Shown here: positions 36,459 to 49,258 of the stretch, piece by piece
Layout: every line of letters starts with the position of its first letter
Position numbering within the stretch: the first letter of the stretch is position 1
Source: Callorhinchus milii
Taxonomy: Eukaryota
Direction of reading: 5' to 3'
DNA: 64,000 bases
Assembly (NCBI RefSeq): GCF_018977255.1
Contig: NW_024704742.1
Coordinates: forward strand, 55,306,001 to 55,370,000
Program-made: the position numbers and the translations under genes
The notes under the pieces: model-generated
Told to the model about the DNA's origin: nothing
Database searches by the model: none
The model's input: the letters and a program-made list of their open reading frames with translations, nothing else

Positions 36459-36526
36459 CAACAATGTCAACTGCGTCCTCCTCATCCGCTTCTCGTTTCC
36501 TTTTGCCTTTATTTTTCTTCTTTTTG
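36459..36526 (-). CDS. FRG1: FRG1 exon 2 (68 nt)
   Basis: KKKKNKGKRKREADEEDAVDIV (basic NLS region); AG acceptor, GTAAGT donor. Confidence 0.94.
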
Positions 36527-36759
36527 CTAAAATAAAAATAATTATGGTCAGAAAGGTGAAAGGAATACAAGAGTGAGAACTGCAGAAACTATTGTACAAC
36601 CTTAAGTTGGAAATAATTCTCGGGCCAGAAAAAATCAACCACCACGGGCCCCCCTAATGTAAGTGAATGCCGTTGACAGGACTGACTGAAACCAAACTGC
36701 ACACAGTCACCCCAAGCTAAACACAGTCACAGTAACACCATCGCCTCGCACCAAAAAAT

Positions 36760-37255
36760 ACTACAATTTACATTTCTATGGCGCCTTTCAGTTTGGGAAG
36801 ACATCTAAAACTGTTCGACACTGCTGGCTGTGTACTGGGCCTGGGGGCTGAAGGGGATGGGGAAGAGAAATATGACCGAAAGAGTGATTAAAGAGCAATG
36901 TCTTGAGACGGGCCTTGAATGAGGAGAGAGAGGGAGTGTGTTGGAGAGATGAAATTCAAGGGAGCGAAGGAAAAATGACAGAATGTGGGGCGGATGAAAT
37001 GGAAAGCATGAAGCAGGGCCAGTGTTAGCTGAGCGAAGGGAGTGAGTGACTCTGTCAATAGACTGAAGGAGATCTGAGGTGGAGCGAGGCCACCGTAGGG
37101 ATTAAGAGGTGAGAACGAGGATCTTAAATCCGATCCGTTGGAGGAGAGTGCACAGTGCAGCGAAGCTAAGACGATAGGCTTGTGAAGTCAAGTATGGGAG
37201 AGAACATGGGGGGCAGAGTTCTGGATAGTCCAGCGAGCAGGGAGAGAGCGTAGCC
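36760..37255 (-). mobile_element. Old L2 3' fragment
   Basis: Diverged reverse match to L2 3' ends. Confidence 0.6.
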
Positions 37256-37263
37256 AAGCCTTG

Positions 37264-37637
37264 GGAGTCCTGTACCATATTGGGTAGAGCACTCGCCTTG
37301 CAAGCGAGAGGACGGGTTTGACTCCCGGGCAGGACGAAACTTTAGGCAAGTTTCCTTACTCCCCACGCCTGTTTACTTGGCAGTAAATAGGAACCTAGTT
37401 GTTGGTCGATTGACGGATCGCTTTTTCGGGGGTAATAATCCCCTCAAACATAAATAAATTATAATTTCTTCGCCCAATCCAGGAGTGTCTGTGGGACACC
37501 GCTGTGCACAATTGGCTGCCGGGTTTCACACACAAAATACACAGTCAATTCACTTTACAGTATATTCTGTGAAGCGCTTTGAGACGTCTCGAAGACGTTA
37601 GACTCTAATTCAAATGCAAGGATTATTATTATTATTA
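37264..37637 (+). mobile_element. tRNA-derived SINE, long variant
   Basis: Collinear with 3241-3610; directly abuts the large minisatellite. Confidence 0.88.
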
Positions 37638-37644
37638 TACATCC

Positions 37645-40600
37645 ACAAACTACACACAGTCCTCCCCCCAAAACTACACACAGTCCTCCCCCCAAAACTA
37701 CACACAGTCCTCCCCCAAAACTACACACAGTCCTCCCCCCAAAACTACACACAGTCCCCCCCAACTACACAATCCCCCAACTACACACAGTCCCCCCAAC
37801 TACACACAGTCCCCCCCAACTACACACAGTCCCCCCAACTACACACAGTCCCTCCAACTACACACAGTCCCCTCCCAAAGACTACACACAGTCCCCCCCA
37901 AAGCTACACAGTCCCCCCCAAAGCTACACACAGTCCCCCCCAAAGCTACACACAGTCCCCCCCCAACTACACACAGTCCCCCCCAAACTATACACAGTCC
38001 CCCACAAACTACACACAGTCCCCCCCAACTACACACAGTCCCCCCCAACTACACACAGTCCCCCCCAACTACACACAGTCCCCCAACTACACACAGTCCC
38101 CCCCAACTACACACAGTCCCCCCCCAACTACACACAGTCCCCCCCAACTACACACAGTCCCCCCCAACTACACACAGTCCCCCCCAAAGCTACACACAGT
38201 CCCCCCCAACTACACACAGTCCCCCCCAAAGCTACACACAGTCCCCCCCCAAACTACACACAGTCCCCCCCAAGCTACACACAGTCCCCCCAAACCTACA
38301 CACACCCCCCAACTACACACAGTCCCCCCCAACTACACACAGTCCCCCCCAACTACACACAGTCCCCCAACTACACACAGTCCCCCACAACTACACACAG
38401 TCCCCGCCAACTACACACAGTCCCCCCCAACTACACACAGTCCCCCCCCAACTACACACAGTCCCCCCCAACTACACACAGTCCCCCCCAACTACACACA
38501 GTCCCTCCCAACTAAACACAGTCCCCTCCAACTACACACAGTCCCCCCAACTACACACAGTCCCCCAACTACACACAGTCCCCCCAACTACACACAGTCC
38601 CCCCAACTACACACAGTCCCCCCCAACTACACACAGTCCCCCCCAACTACACACAGTCCCCCCCAACTACACACAGTCCCTCCCAAACTAAACACAGTCC
38701 CCCCCAACTACACACAGTCCCCCAACTACACACAGTCCCCCCAACTACACACAGTCCCCCCCCCAAACTACACAGTCCCCCCCAACTACACACAGTCCCC
38801 CCCAACTACACACAGTCCCCCCCAAAGCTACACACAGTCCCCCCCAAAGCTACACACAGTCCCCCCCCAAAGCTACACACAGTCCCCCCCCAACTACACA
38901 CAGTCCCCCCCAAAGCTACACACAGTCCCCCCCAACTACACACAGTCCCCCCAACTACACACAGTCCCCCCAACTACACACAGTCCCCCACAACTACACA
39001 CAGTCCCCCACAACTACACACAGTCCCCCCCAACTACACACAGTCCCCCAACTACACAGTCCCCCCCAACTACACACAGTCCCTCCCAACTACACACAGT
39101 CCCTCCAACTACACACAGTCCCCCAACTACACACAGTCCCCCCCAACTACACACAGTCCCCCCCCAAACTACACAGTCCCCCCCAACTACACACAGTCCC
39201 TCCAACTACACACAGTCCCCCCAACTACACACAGTCCCCCAACTACACACAGTCCCCCCCCAAACTACACAGTCCCCCCCAACTACACACAGTCCCCCAA
39301 CTACACAGTCCCCCCCAACTACACACAGTCCCCCAACTACACAGTCCCCCCCAACTACACACAGTCCCTCCCAACTACACACAGTCCCTCCAACTACACA
39401 CAGTCCCCCCCAACGACACACAGTCCCCCCCCAACTACACACAGTCCCTCCAACTACACACAGTCCCTCCAACTACACACAGTCCTCCCCCAAAACTACA
39501 CACAGTCCCCCCAACTACACACAGTCCCCCCCAACTACACACAGTCCCCCCCAACTACACACAGTCCCCCCCAACTACACACAGTCCCTCCAACTACACA
39601 CAGTCCCCCCAACTACACACAGTCCCCCCAACTACACACAGTCCCCCCAACTACACACAGTCCCCCAACTACACACAGTCCCCCCCAACTACACCAGTCC
39701 CCCCCAAACTACACACAGTCCCCCCAACTACACACAGTCCCCCCCAACTACACACAGTCCCCCCAACTACACACAGTCCCCCCAACTACACACAGTCCCC
39801 CCCAACTACACACAGTCCCCCCCAACTACACACAGTCCCCCCAACTACACACAGTCCCCCAACTACACACAGTCCCCCCCAACTACACACAGTCCCCCCC
39901 CAAACTACACAGTCCCCCCCAACTACACACAGTCCCTCCAACTACACACAGTCCCCCCAACTACACACAGTCCCCCAACTACACACAGTCCCCCCCCAAA
40001 CTACACCAGTCCCCCCCAACTACACACAGTCCCCCGAACTACACAGTCCCCCCAACTACACACAGTCCCCCAACTACACAGTCCCCCCCAACTACACACA
40101 GTCCCTCCCAACTACACACAGTCCCTCCAACTACACACAGTCCCCTCCAACTACACACAGTCCCTCCAACTACACACAGTCCCTCCAACTACACACAGTC
40201 CCTCCAACTACACACAGTCCCTCCAACTACACACAGTCCCCCCCAACTACACACAGTCCCCCCAACTACACACAGTCCCCCCCCAACTACACACAGTCCC
40301 CCCCAACTACACACAGTCCCCCCAACTACACACAGTCCCCCCAACTACACACAGTCCCCCCAACTACACACAGTCCCCCCAACTACACACAGTCCCCCCA
40401 ACTACACACAGTCCCCCCCAACTACACACAGTCCCCCCAACTACACACAGTCCCCCCCAACTACACACAGTCCCCCCAACTACACACAGTCCCCCCCAAC
40501 TACACACAGTCCCCCCCAACTACACACAGTCCCCCCCAACTACACACAGTCCCCCAACTACACACAGTCCCCCCAACTACACACAGTCCCCCCCAACTAC

Positions 40601-40990
40601 ACACAGTCCCCCCCAACTACACACAGTCCCCCACAACTACACACAGTCCCCCAACTACACACAGTCCCTCCAACTACACACAGTCCCCCCAACTACACAC
40701 AGTCCCCCCCAACTACACACAGTCCCCCCCAACTACACACAGTCCCCCCCAACTACACACAGTCCCCCAACTACACACAGTCCCCCCCCAACTACACAGT
40801 CCCCCCCAAAGCTACACACAGTCCCCCCCAACTACACACAGTCCCCCCAACTACACACAGTCCCTCCAACTACACACAGTCCCCCCCCAACTACACACAG
40901 TCCCCCCCAACTACACACAGTCCCTCCAACTACACACAGTCCCCCCCAACTACACACAGTCCCCCCCAACTACACACAGTCCCCCCTCCC
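37645..40990. repeat. About 3.3 kb minisatellite in FRG1 intron 1
   Basis: Unit AACTACACACAGT(C)5-8, about 18-21 bp, roughly 170 copies; extreme C/G strand skew. Confidence 0.97.
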
Positions 40991-41078
40991 CTCACTGACT
41001 GTCCTGTCTGTGCTGGAGGCCGGGCCGGGTCAGGCCCGCGGGCCGCTCCTCCTCTGATGAACAGTTCAAACCGCAAAC

Positions 41079-41134
41079 CTTTTCACTCCTTTCAGCACCA
41101 GCTTCGTGCTCTTCACCCGCGAGTACTCCGCCAT
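41079..41134 (-). CDS. FRG1: FRG1 exon 1, coding part (56 nt)
   Basis: MAEYSRVKSTKLVLKGVK(S); GTTTGC donor in phase 2, matching exon 2. Total CDS 765 nt = 254 aa. Confidence 0.95.
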
Positions 41135-41149
41135 TACCCCAACCCTCCC

Positions 41150-42060
41150 TCAGCACAACACAGTCACTACACCCACCCCGGTCCCCGCCTCAGCACAACA
41201 CAGTCACTACACCCTCACAGCGCCCTCTGTGGTCACACCCACTCACTACACTCACACAGGGCCCTCTGTGGTCACACACCCTCACTGCACCCCCACAGCG
41301 CCCTCTGTGGTCACACACCCTCACTGCACCCCCACAGCGCCCTCTGTGGTCACACACCCTCACTGCACCCTCACAGCGCCCTCTGTGGCCACACACCCCC
41401 ACAGCGCCCTCACAGCGCCCTCTGTGGTCACACACCCTCACAGCGCCCTCTGTGGTCACACCCACTCACTGCACCCTCACAGCGCCCTCTGTGGTCACAC
41501 ACCCTCACAGCGCCCTCTGTGGTCACACACCCTCACAGCGCCCTCTGTGGTCACACCCACTCACTGCACTCACACAGGGCCCTCTGTGGTCACACACCCT
41601 CACAGCGCCCTCTGTGGTCACACCCACTCACTGCACTCACACAGGGCCCTCTGTGGTCACACACCCTCACAGCGCCCTCTGTGGTCACACACCCTCACTG
41701 CACCCTCACAGCGCCCTCTGTGGTCACACACCCTCACAGCGCCCTCTGTGGTCACACCCACTCACTACACCCACACAGGGCCCTCTGTGGTCACACACCC
41801 TCACAGCGCCCTCTGTGGTCACACCCACTCACTACACCCACACAGCGCCCTCTGTGGTCACACCCACTCACTACACCCACACAGGGCCCTCTGTGGTCAC
41901 ACACCCTCACAGCGCCCTCACAGCGCCCTCTGTGGTCACACCCACTCACTACACCCACACAGCGCCCTCTGTGGTCACACACCCTCACAGCGCCCCCTCA
42001 CCGGCCACAGAGTGACTGCACCCTCTCAGTACACTTTCTGGTCAAGACAGTCACTACACG
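41150..42060. repeat. Compound minisatellite immediately upstream of the FRG1 ATG
   Basis: Core CACAGCGCCCTCTGTGGTCACAC repeated over 20 times with alternating short and long linkers. Confidence 0.95.
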
Positions 42061-42277
42061 AGCGGTTTGGGAGATTCATTCAGATTGGCTGCAGTTTCGA
42101 CATTCAATTCCTGTATTTCCAGAGACACACCGTCATCATTCACTCCCCGGAAGTGATCAGTGTCACTCTCACACTCTGTGAAAAAAAATTCACTCTCTTA
42201 AGTTCAAAACCATTTAACTCTTTCGGGGTAAATTCACTAAATATTAAATCCTATATCCTATACCAAATAAAATTGGT

Positions 42278-42492
42278 CAATAATTCCTCCAAAAAAAAAA
42301 CCAATAATAAATTGGTCATTTTCAATCTACGACTGTTTGTGGGACATTGCTGTGCGCAATTGGCTGCCGCGTTCGCCCACAAATATACAGTCAATTCACT
42401 TTACAGTGTGTTCTGTGAAGCGCTTTGGGACGTCCTCTCGACGTGAAAAGCGCTATATCAAATGCAAGGATTATTATTATTATTATTATTAT
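42278..42492 (+). mobile_element. SINE short variant, 5'-truncated, young
   Basis: Near-identical to 18432-18635. Confidence 0.9.
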
Positions 42493-43099
42493 TTGCTTCA
42501 CGGCTATTTGCCAGACTTTGCTGTGTGTAAATTGGCCTACAAATTATACAGTCACTACACCTTACAGTATATCATGTGAATCACTGTGAGATGTCCTCTT
42601 GATGTGAAAAGCACTACAGTATATCAAATACAAGGCTTACTTTCCGAGCACAGTTGAATTTGTAAATTTTACCCAATAAACATGAAAAACACAAGGTAAG
42701 TAATAGCATTGAATTGAAATACATTAATTTGATATAAATAAAAGTCATACAGTCTCATATTCCAAACACAAGGGTGCACTTCCTGGTGGATGCATTTTTA
42801 CTGAAGGTAAATATATTAATATGTTTGCCCTCTTAGGGGGATAGCAGAGAAACTAAAATTAGGAACAGTGTTGACAACTTTCCTTCATACCATTAGTAGA
42901 GGTGAAAACTACACATGAAACAAAACTGAAACTTCATAAGTCTTATACTAATAACAATTATTTGTGTTCGTGTTATTCCTTTTAATGTGGTGTTCAGTGC
43001 CAGGGTTTACACATCTGAAACATCTTTGCTTGAAATTTTGACTTTGCATTTTTCTAAATAGTGATGAACTGTTTGCATTTGATACCATGCAAACTCACT

Positions 43100-43636
43100 G
43101 CATCCCCAACTCCTCCCTCCACAGGCTGCAGATCACCCAGAACTCTGCAGCCCGTGTTCTCTCCCGCATCAGGCTCCGTGACCCTATCTCCCCCATCCTT
43201 GCCCAACTCCACTGGCTTCCCATCGCACAGAGGATACAGTTCAAGATTCTGGTCCTCACCTCAAAGCCCTCCAGGGTTTTGCTCCCTCCTACCTCTCCGA
43301 CCTGCTAATTCCCTACCTAGTTTGTTCCCTCCGCTAAGTGGGCTCTGGCCTGCTTCACGTCCCCGCCTTGCTCACCCCACTATCGGTGGGCGGACCTTCC
43401 TCCACTCTGCACTCGCCCTCTGGAACTCCATCCCGCAGTCCCTCCATCTCACCTCCTCCCTCGCCACCTTCAAGACCCACCTCTTCGACCGTTCTTTTGA
43501 TCTCCCTGCTTGCCCCTCTGCCCTCCACTCTCCCTCACCCCGACCCTCAGCTCGGATCTGTAACTCTGCCTGTCCAGCGCCTTGGGACGTCCTCCCGACA
43601 TGAAAGATGCTATACAAATGTAATTTTGTTGTTGTT
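43100..43636 (+). mobile_element. L2 3' fragment
   Basis: [31 protein letters not shown]; tail present. Confidence 0.9.
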
Positions 43637-44104
43637 TTCCTGTGCAATTTCATTGCTTGTCATTTTTCTAAACAGAAACAATTTTCTGTTTATTTTTCTC
43701 CAGAAATAGTAAGTACTGCGCATATGAATGATACAGATCAGAATGTGCATATAAAAAATTTCACAATGTTTTTATGGAATGTAGTTAATCAAAACATGGA
43801 TATCCAGACAAATTATCCTTCACTTTAGTGCCCAAAACATAAAATTGATTTCTACTATTCGAGATCGAAAACACAAACCAAGTTTGTGGCGTGAACTGCA
43901 ATGGTTAGTTTGCAAATATCACTGTGTTACATTTTTGACTGATAAATCATTAATGGCGAGCTGCCAAAGTCCAAAGTAGTCATTTCCCATATGCTTTCCT
44001 TTTATTTGACTTTTCTAGCTTGGAATTTCCAATTTGTCACTGCAAATTTCACAACTTCATATTACCAAACTACAAGCCAAAATTAATGCAGTTTAGGTTA
44101 GTAG

Positions 44105-44535
44105 TAAATAATAATCCTTGCATTTGATACAGCAACATATCAAGACCTCTCAAAGCGCTTCACAGGATATACTTTAAAGTGGTGTGATTATATATATTTT
44201 GAAGGCAAACACAACAGCCAATATGTGCAAAGCAATGTCCCACACACAGCCTTAGAGTAAGTGACCAATGTTTTATTTGGGGAATTGCTGACCAGACACT
44301 AGGAGAAACTCCCTTCTCTTTTCGAATCATGCCATGAGAACTTTGACCTGAACAGGCAGACAAGACCTCGGTTTAACATCTGATCCTAAGGATGGCACCT
44401 CCGACAATGCAACACCCCCAGCATTGCTTTGGAGAGTCAGCTTAGACTATATGTATTTCAAGTCCTAACATGTGTCTTGAACTCACAAACATCTGACTCG
44501 AAGTGAGAGTGCTAGCAACTGAGCCAAGCTGACAA
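44105..44535 (-). mobile_element. Deu-domain-like SINE, near full length
   Basis: tRNA-like head at 44535, Deu core (GATGTTAAACCGAGGTCTTGTCTGCCTGTTCAGG), shared tail. Confidence 0.75.
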
Positions 44536-45469
44536 ATGAATACTATTTTAGATCCCTCCCTTCTCCCATTATTGGTGAGGAATGAAATGAAATATTACAT
44601 TAGGAAAAATCGACAGTTATTGAAAGATGAACTGTTCAGCTGCTTAAAGTTTAAATTATTATCAATTGATGCCTGGACGGTTGATCCTACAGAATGTTTG
44701 CTGGCAGAAATTAGAAGGAAATTTCTAGCGACAGAAAAAATTATCTCAACTTATGCCTAATAATGTTCTTTTCAAAAAAGGAGAAAACAATGTTACAGCT
44801 TTCATAGGAAAATTACAAACACGTGGATTTACATAATTAAGAAGATCCTAATAGAAAACGAAATGCCCAGATAGAACTCTGGATGAAGCTCAACATGCAA
44901 AACATGAAAATTTTAAAGATGCCTTGTTGCAGAAGTCTCAGCGAAATTTAGAATAAACATTAAACAGCAGGTGAATCTGCTTGGATGGATAAAAAGTACA
45001 CCTTAGATTAAAAATGGTCCACAGCAGAGAAATGAACCATGCTACACTCGTAGATGTAAATTTATACACATAGCTCCTCAACTGATCATTTTCTTTTTAC
45101 CATTGATCACTTTCTGTGTTGTCTCCTTAACTAATACCTTTCTGTAGCAATCCCCTATTTTACCCTTGATTCTCTCCGCAGTAGCTAATTCTAGTTCAGT
45201 ATGTAACTGTAACCCAAGCTCTTTTATTCAATTCTTAAATTAGGGCTACAATATCTGCTTCAAGTCCATATATCAACATTTGCAGTTTACACACGTCTTC
45301 AATTACATTCCCAAATTTTAACATTTGAAAGTGGAAATTTGATCTTTCAGGCTAAGAGTTTGTGAAAAAATATCCACCTTCAGCATTTACTTTCTATTCC
45401 TATTACTTACCCACTATACAGAGACCCTCATTTCTCAGAAGGCAACTTGGAAACCATTTCAACTGTCTG

Positions 45470-45822
45470 ACCCGCTGACCCCCTATCAACCTGTTCGCTC
45501 CCTTCGTTCAGCGGGCTCTGACCTGCTCCATGTCTCCCGCACGACCCGCCCTATCATCGGTGGCCGGGCTTTCAGCCTCTCTACTCTCACGCTTTGGAAC
45601 TCCATCCCACAATCCCTTCGCTTGCTCCTTCCTTTGCCTCCTTCAAGGCACAACTCTAGACCCTCCTTTTCGACCATGCTTTCAGCCGCCCTCCTACCCC
45701 TCTGCCCTCCCCCATCCCAACCCTGCCACCACGCTCGGGTCCTGATCCCTGACTGTTCAGCACCTTGGGACATCTTCCTGACGTGAAAGACACTTTACAA
45801 ATATAATTTTGTTGTTGTTGTC
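45470..45822 (+). mobile_element. L2 3' fragment
   Basis: Matches the L2 3' end and (TTG)n tail. Confidence 0.85.
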
Positions 45823-47045
45823 ATCATAATATTAAATAAATATTTACATTCATATAGCGCCTTTCATGTTTGGAGGACATTTCAAAATAATTCGCACAGT
45901 TTTATATTAATTTCCCATCCAGCAATATTCCAAGTTACAAAGAATAGAATGATATATGTTGAATTCCTCCCTCTTTCCTGTTTCCTCGCAACTTCAGCAG
46001 TCTCTAGATATGACTCATGAAAAATGTAATAGGAGCTTTCATCACCCAGGTTTGTTACCTCTCGACAGTACACTATTACTACCCCATCTGCTCTTGTATT
46101 TCTTTCCTAGGCTTTTGCAATTTATTGGTTATACATAACTTATAGACTACAAGAAATGATTGAAAATCTGCTCCTCCTGTTATATAAAGATTTTAGCCTC
46201 CATCCTTTTTTGTACAGCAATATTTTTAGAAACAGTTAAAATAATCTTTGCGTTTGACATAGCACCTCTCACGTCAGGAGAAAGTCTCAAAGCTTCACAG
46301 GATACATTATAAAGTGTAGTGAATGTGTATTTTGTCTTGAAGGAAGAGAACGAATGGGCCAAAAGGCCCTCTTCATTGAAGCTAATCCTGTGATCTTGTG
46401 ATAGTGCCTCATACGTTGAAACTTTGTAAAGTGTTACTGTCTCACTGTCACTGTCTCAGAATGTGGCTCAATCAATAACTTGAAAGCAGTTTGCTGGAAT
46501 ATTTAATGTTTAACTTACTGAGCAGCATTAACTAAGTAATAATGGAAGCAGCAGCATGAATGTACTCTTTAGTTAACTAAATGATTAGGAATTATACAGT
46601 TGATTTCGTTTTTGTCATTTGTTAAAGTCAATTAAGGGATGCCAAAACGAGTTTAAATTAATTTGAACAATATTTTCAATGGAAACTGCGGACCCATTAT
46701 ATATGAACTCATATGGGTATAATTTAAAGTGTTTCTTAACCCATTCTTTGTCTTATTTAACACAAGGAATGTATTAATTATGACAATCAGCAACCACCGC
46801 CCCACCATCGGAAGGTGAGGTTTCGACCAGTCTGCCCCCACTCTCTGGAACTCCATCCGACTATTCCTCCATGTCAACCTCGTACCCATCCCTTCGAAGG
46901 ACTTACATATTTGATGTTGAACAACAGATGTATTTTGAAACCTAGAGTATTGGAATCAAAGTTTTATTACAAAGTATAGTTGATCAATCTACATAAATTG
47001 TCTACACTAATTACTGTAGCTGGTCAGTAATTCGCATGGCCTTCT

Positions 47046-47363
47046 AATAATAATAATAATCCTTGCATTTGATATAGCGCTTTTCACGTCGGGAGGACGT
47101 CCCAAAGCGCTTCACAGAACACACTGTAAAGTGAATTGACTGTATATTTGTGGGCGAACGCGGCAGCCAATTGCGCACAGCAATGTCCCACAAACAGTCG
47201 TAGATTGAAAATGACCAATTTATTATTGTTTTTGGTTTTGGAGGGATTATTATTAGGCGTGTGGAGTAAGAAAACTTGCCCAAGGTTTCGCCCTGTGCCT
47301 GGAATTGAACTCAGGTCTCTCGCTTGCAAAGCGAGTGCTCTAACCACTGAGCTACAGGACTCC
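47046..47363 (-). mobile_element. Young tRNA-derived SINE, short variant, full length
   Basis: Near-identical reverse complement of 18324-18635. Confidence 0.92.
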
Positions 47364-47949
47364 ACTCCCCGTAACTTACTCTAGTTAAGTATTGCAGTGC
47401 TGACACATTTGACAACTCGCAATCTCTCTCTCTCTGCTCTCCCCCTCTCTGTGAATAATTCTCTCTCCCTCTTTCACAGTCTCAATCTCTCTCACTCAAT
47501 CACTCTCTCTTGCGATGGTTCTCACCTCTGTTGCAACATGGAAATTGGCCTCTGTTTCAGTTCTATCTCTGTAAGTACAAGTCCCTACACTTGTGGAAAC
47601 TTCACCAATTAGAGAAACAAGCCAGTAGGTATTCTCAATTGGCTTACTGCTCTTGCAATTGAAATGCCTTTGTTATAGGCTTGCCGCACTACCAGGCCTA
47701 TAACTCCAGCAACTACCTGTTTATATGTAAATCCCTGCCTCCCTGTGTAGAATATTACACAGTATTATACTCCACAAGATAAAACAAGACAGTGCAACTA
47801 GATAGCCTAAACACTAAACGGTAATACCAGCAGCACTTAAACTAAAGTTAGTAAAAACAAAGACAACTCTCAAAACCATACTCGATCCAATTGTATTCCC
47901 ACAGAGATCGACATGTACCAGATGTTGACCCAAAAGCGAGCAACCATGA

Positions 47950-48320
47950 GGTAGGTCGAGAGGGAGAGCAGAAGTGATGGTAAGCACGAGGAAAATGTAA
48001 ACTATTTAAGCAGGATTTTAACGTGGGGAGGGAGGGGGCAAGGCAGAGGGTATCGAGGCAAAGAGTTTCAGAGCTTTAGAGCATAGTGGCTAAAGGCATG
48101 GCCACCAATGGTGGAGCGGAGGGCACGAGGGACAATTAGAAGGTCGGAGCCAGCTGAGCAGAGGCAGTGGGTGGTGGAGTGGGGGTTAAGCAGGTTGGAC
48201 AGGTAGGGAGGTGCGAGGAAATTAAGTGATTTGAAAACGAGTGAAAGGATGTTAGAAGTCAATCCGTTTGGTGATTAGGAACCAGTAGAGTCTGGCAAGG
48301 ACTGGTGTGATGGGGTACGA
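47950..48320 (-). mobile_element. Old L2 fragment
   Basis: ILSLVFKSLNFLAPPYLSNLL..STIGGHAFSH. Confidence 0.75.
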
Positions 48321-48384
48321 AGTTTCAGGTGGGTGAGTAACAGTTCAAACTGCAAGTCTGACTTCATCTTATGAGGACTGTATC

Positions 48385-48535
48385 TAGCTAGCAAAGTTTA
48401 AGAAGTCATTTAGAGATGCTGAAATGGTAAAAAATCATGCAGCCAAAATGGCTCGTGCATTTGATGATGTAAAAATGGCCAAATTTTTTAAAAGTGTGCC
48501 ACTGTCTCACCAAACTGTGAAAAGAAGAATAAGTT
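48385..48535 (+). mobile_element. hAT (Buster/SPIN/GTF2IRD2-like) transposase relic
   Basis: LAKFKKSFRDAEMVKNHAAKMARAFDDVKMAKFFKSVPLSHQTVKRRIS resembles the K.F.DGE.VK...F..I.LS..TV.RRI block of Buster-type transposases (from memory). Confidence 0.6.
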
Positions 48536-48714
48536 GTTATGTTCTCAACAAACAATGTGTAGCACACTCTTTATTTCAGATCACCAGATACAAAATCAAA
48601 CAGTCCAACTAAAAACCCTCCACTCAGTTTTCCCTGCTTGCTGCTTTTCTACCTCCTGATCCAATCAATTGGTCCTTATTGCCTTAATGAGTATTCAAAA
48701 TCTTCCCCTTTAAT

Positions 48715-49258
48715 CTTTTTAATATCTACATACTCCCCCTTGGTGACATCATCCGCAGACATGGGGTCAACTTCCATATGTATGCGGATGACACCCAACT
48801 CTATCTTTCTGCCTCCACCCTCAACTCCAGGACCGCTGCTGTCCTGACAGACTGTCTGTCGGACATCAAGTCCTGGATGAGGGCAAATTTCCTACAGTTG
48901 AATGTGAACAAGACTGAGGCCCTCCTGATTGGCTCACACCAGCGCCTCAGCACCTCAGGCTCTGGCAACATCAACCTCCATGGTTGCTCACTACAACTCA
49001 CCAAGCCAGTCAGGAACCGAGGCGTCTTGTTCGACCCTCAACCGTCTTTTCTTCCCCACATCCAAGCCATGACCCGCTCTGCCTTCCCTCACCTCCGTAA
49101 CATCGCCCGACTCCACCACTACCTCACCCCTCAGGCCACTGAAACTCTTGTTCATGCCTTCATCAGCTCCAGCCTCGACTATGCAAATGCCCTGCTTGTC
49201 GGCCTTCCCAACTCCTCCCTCCACAGGCTGCAGATAATCCAGAACTCTGTAGCCCATG
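48715..49258 (+). mobile_element. L2 internal RT fragment
   Basis: [24 protein letters not shown]; nearly identical to 32520-32900. Confidence 0.92.

Noticed and set aside
37645..40990. ZNF143/THAP11 ACTACAnnTCCC motif array
   Set aside because: The spacing between ACTACA and TCCC is 3 or 5 nt rather than 2, and the downstream motif half is absent.
37614..41057. 1147-aa Pro/Thr/His-rich ORF (mucin- or extensin-like)
   Set aside because: Translation of a minisatellite that lacks stop codons on this strand. The unit length is not a fixed multiple of 3, the start lies in a SINE tail, and it is antisense in FRG1 intron 1.
37645..42060. Link to human D4Z4/DUX4 because of repeats near FRG1
   Set aside because: Units are about 20-40 bp with no homeobox ORF; no homology evident.
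41057..42446. 374-aa and 446-aa His/Cys-rich ORFs
   Set aside because: Repeat-derived; several frames are open simultaneously.
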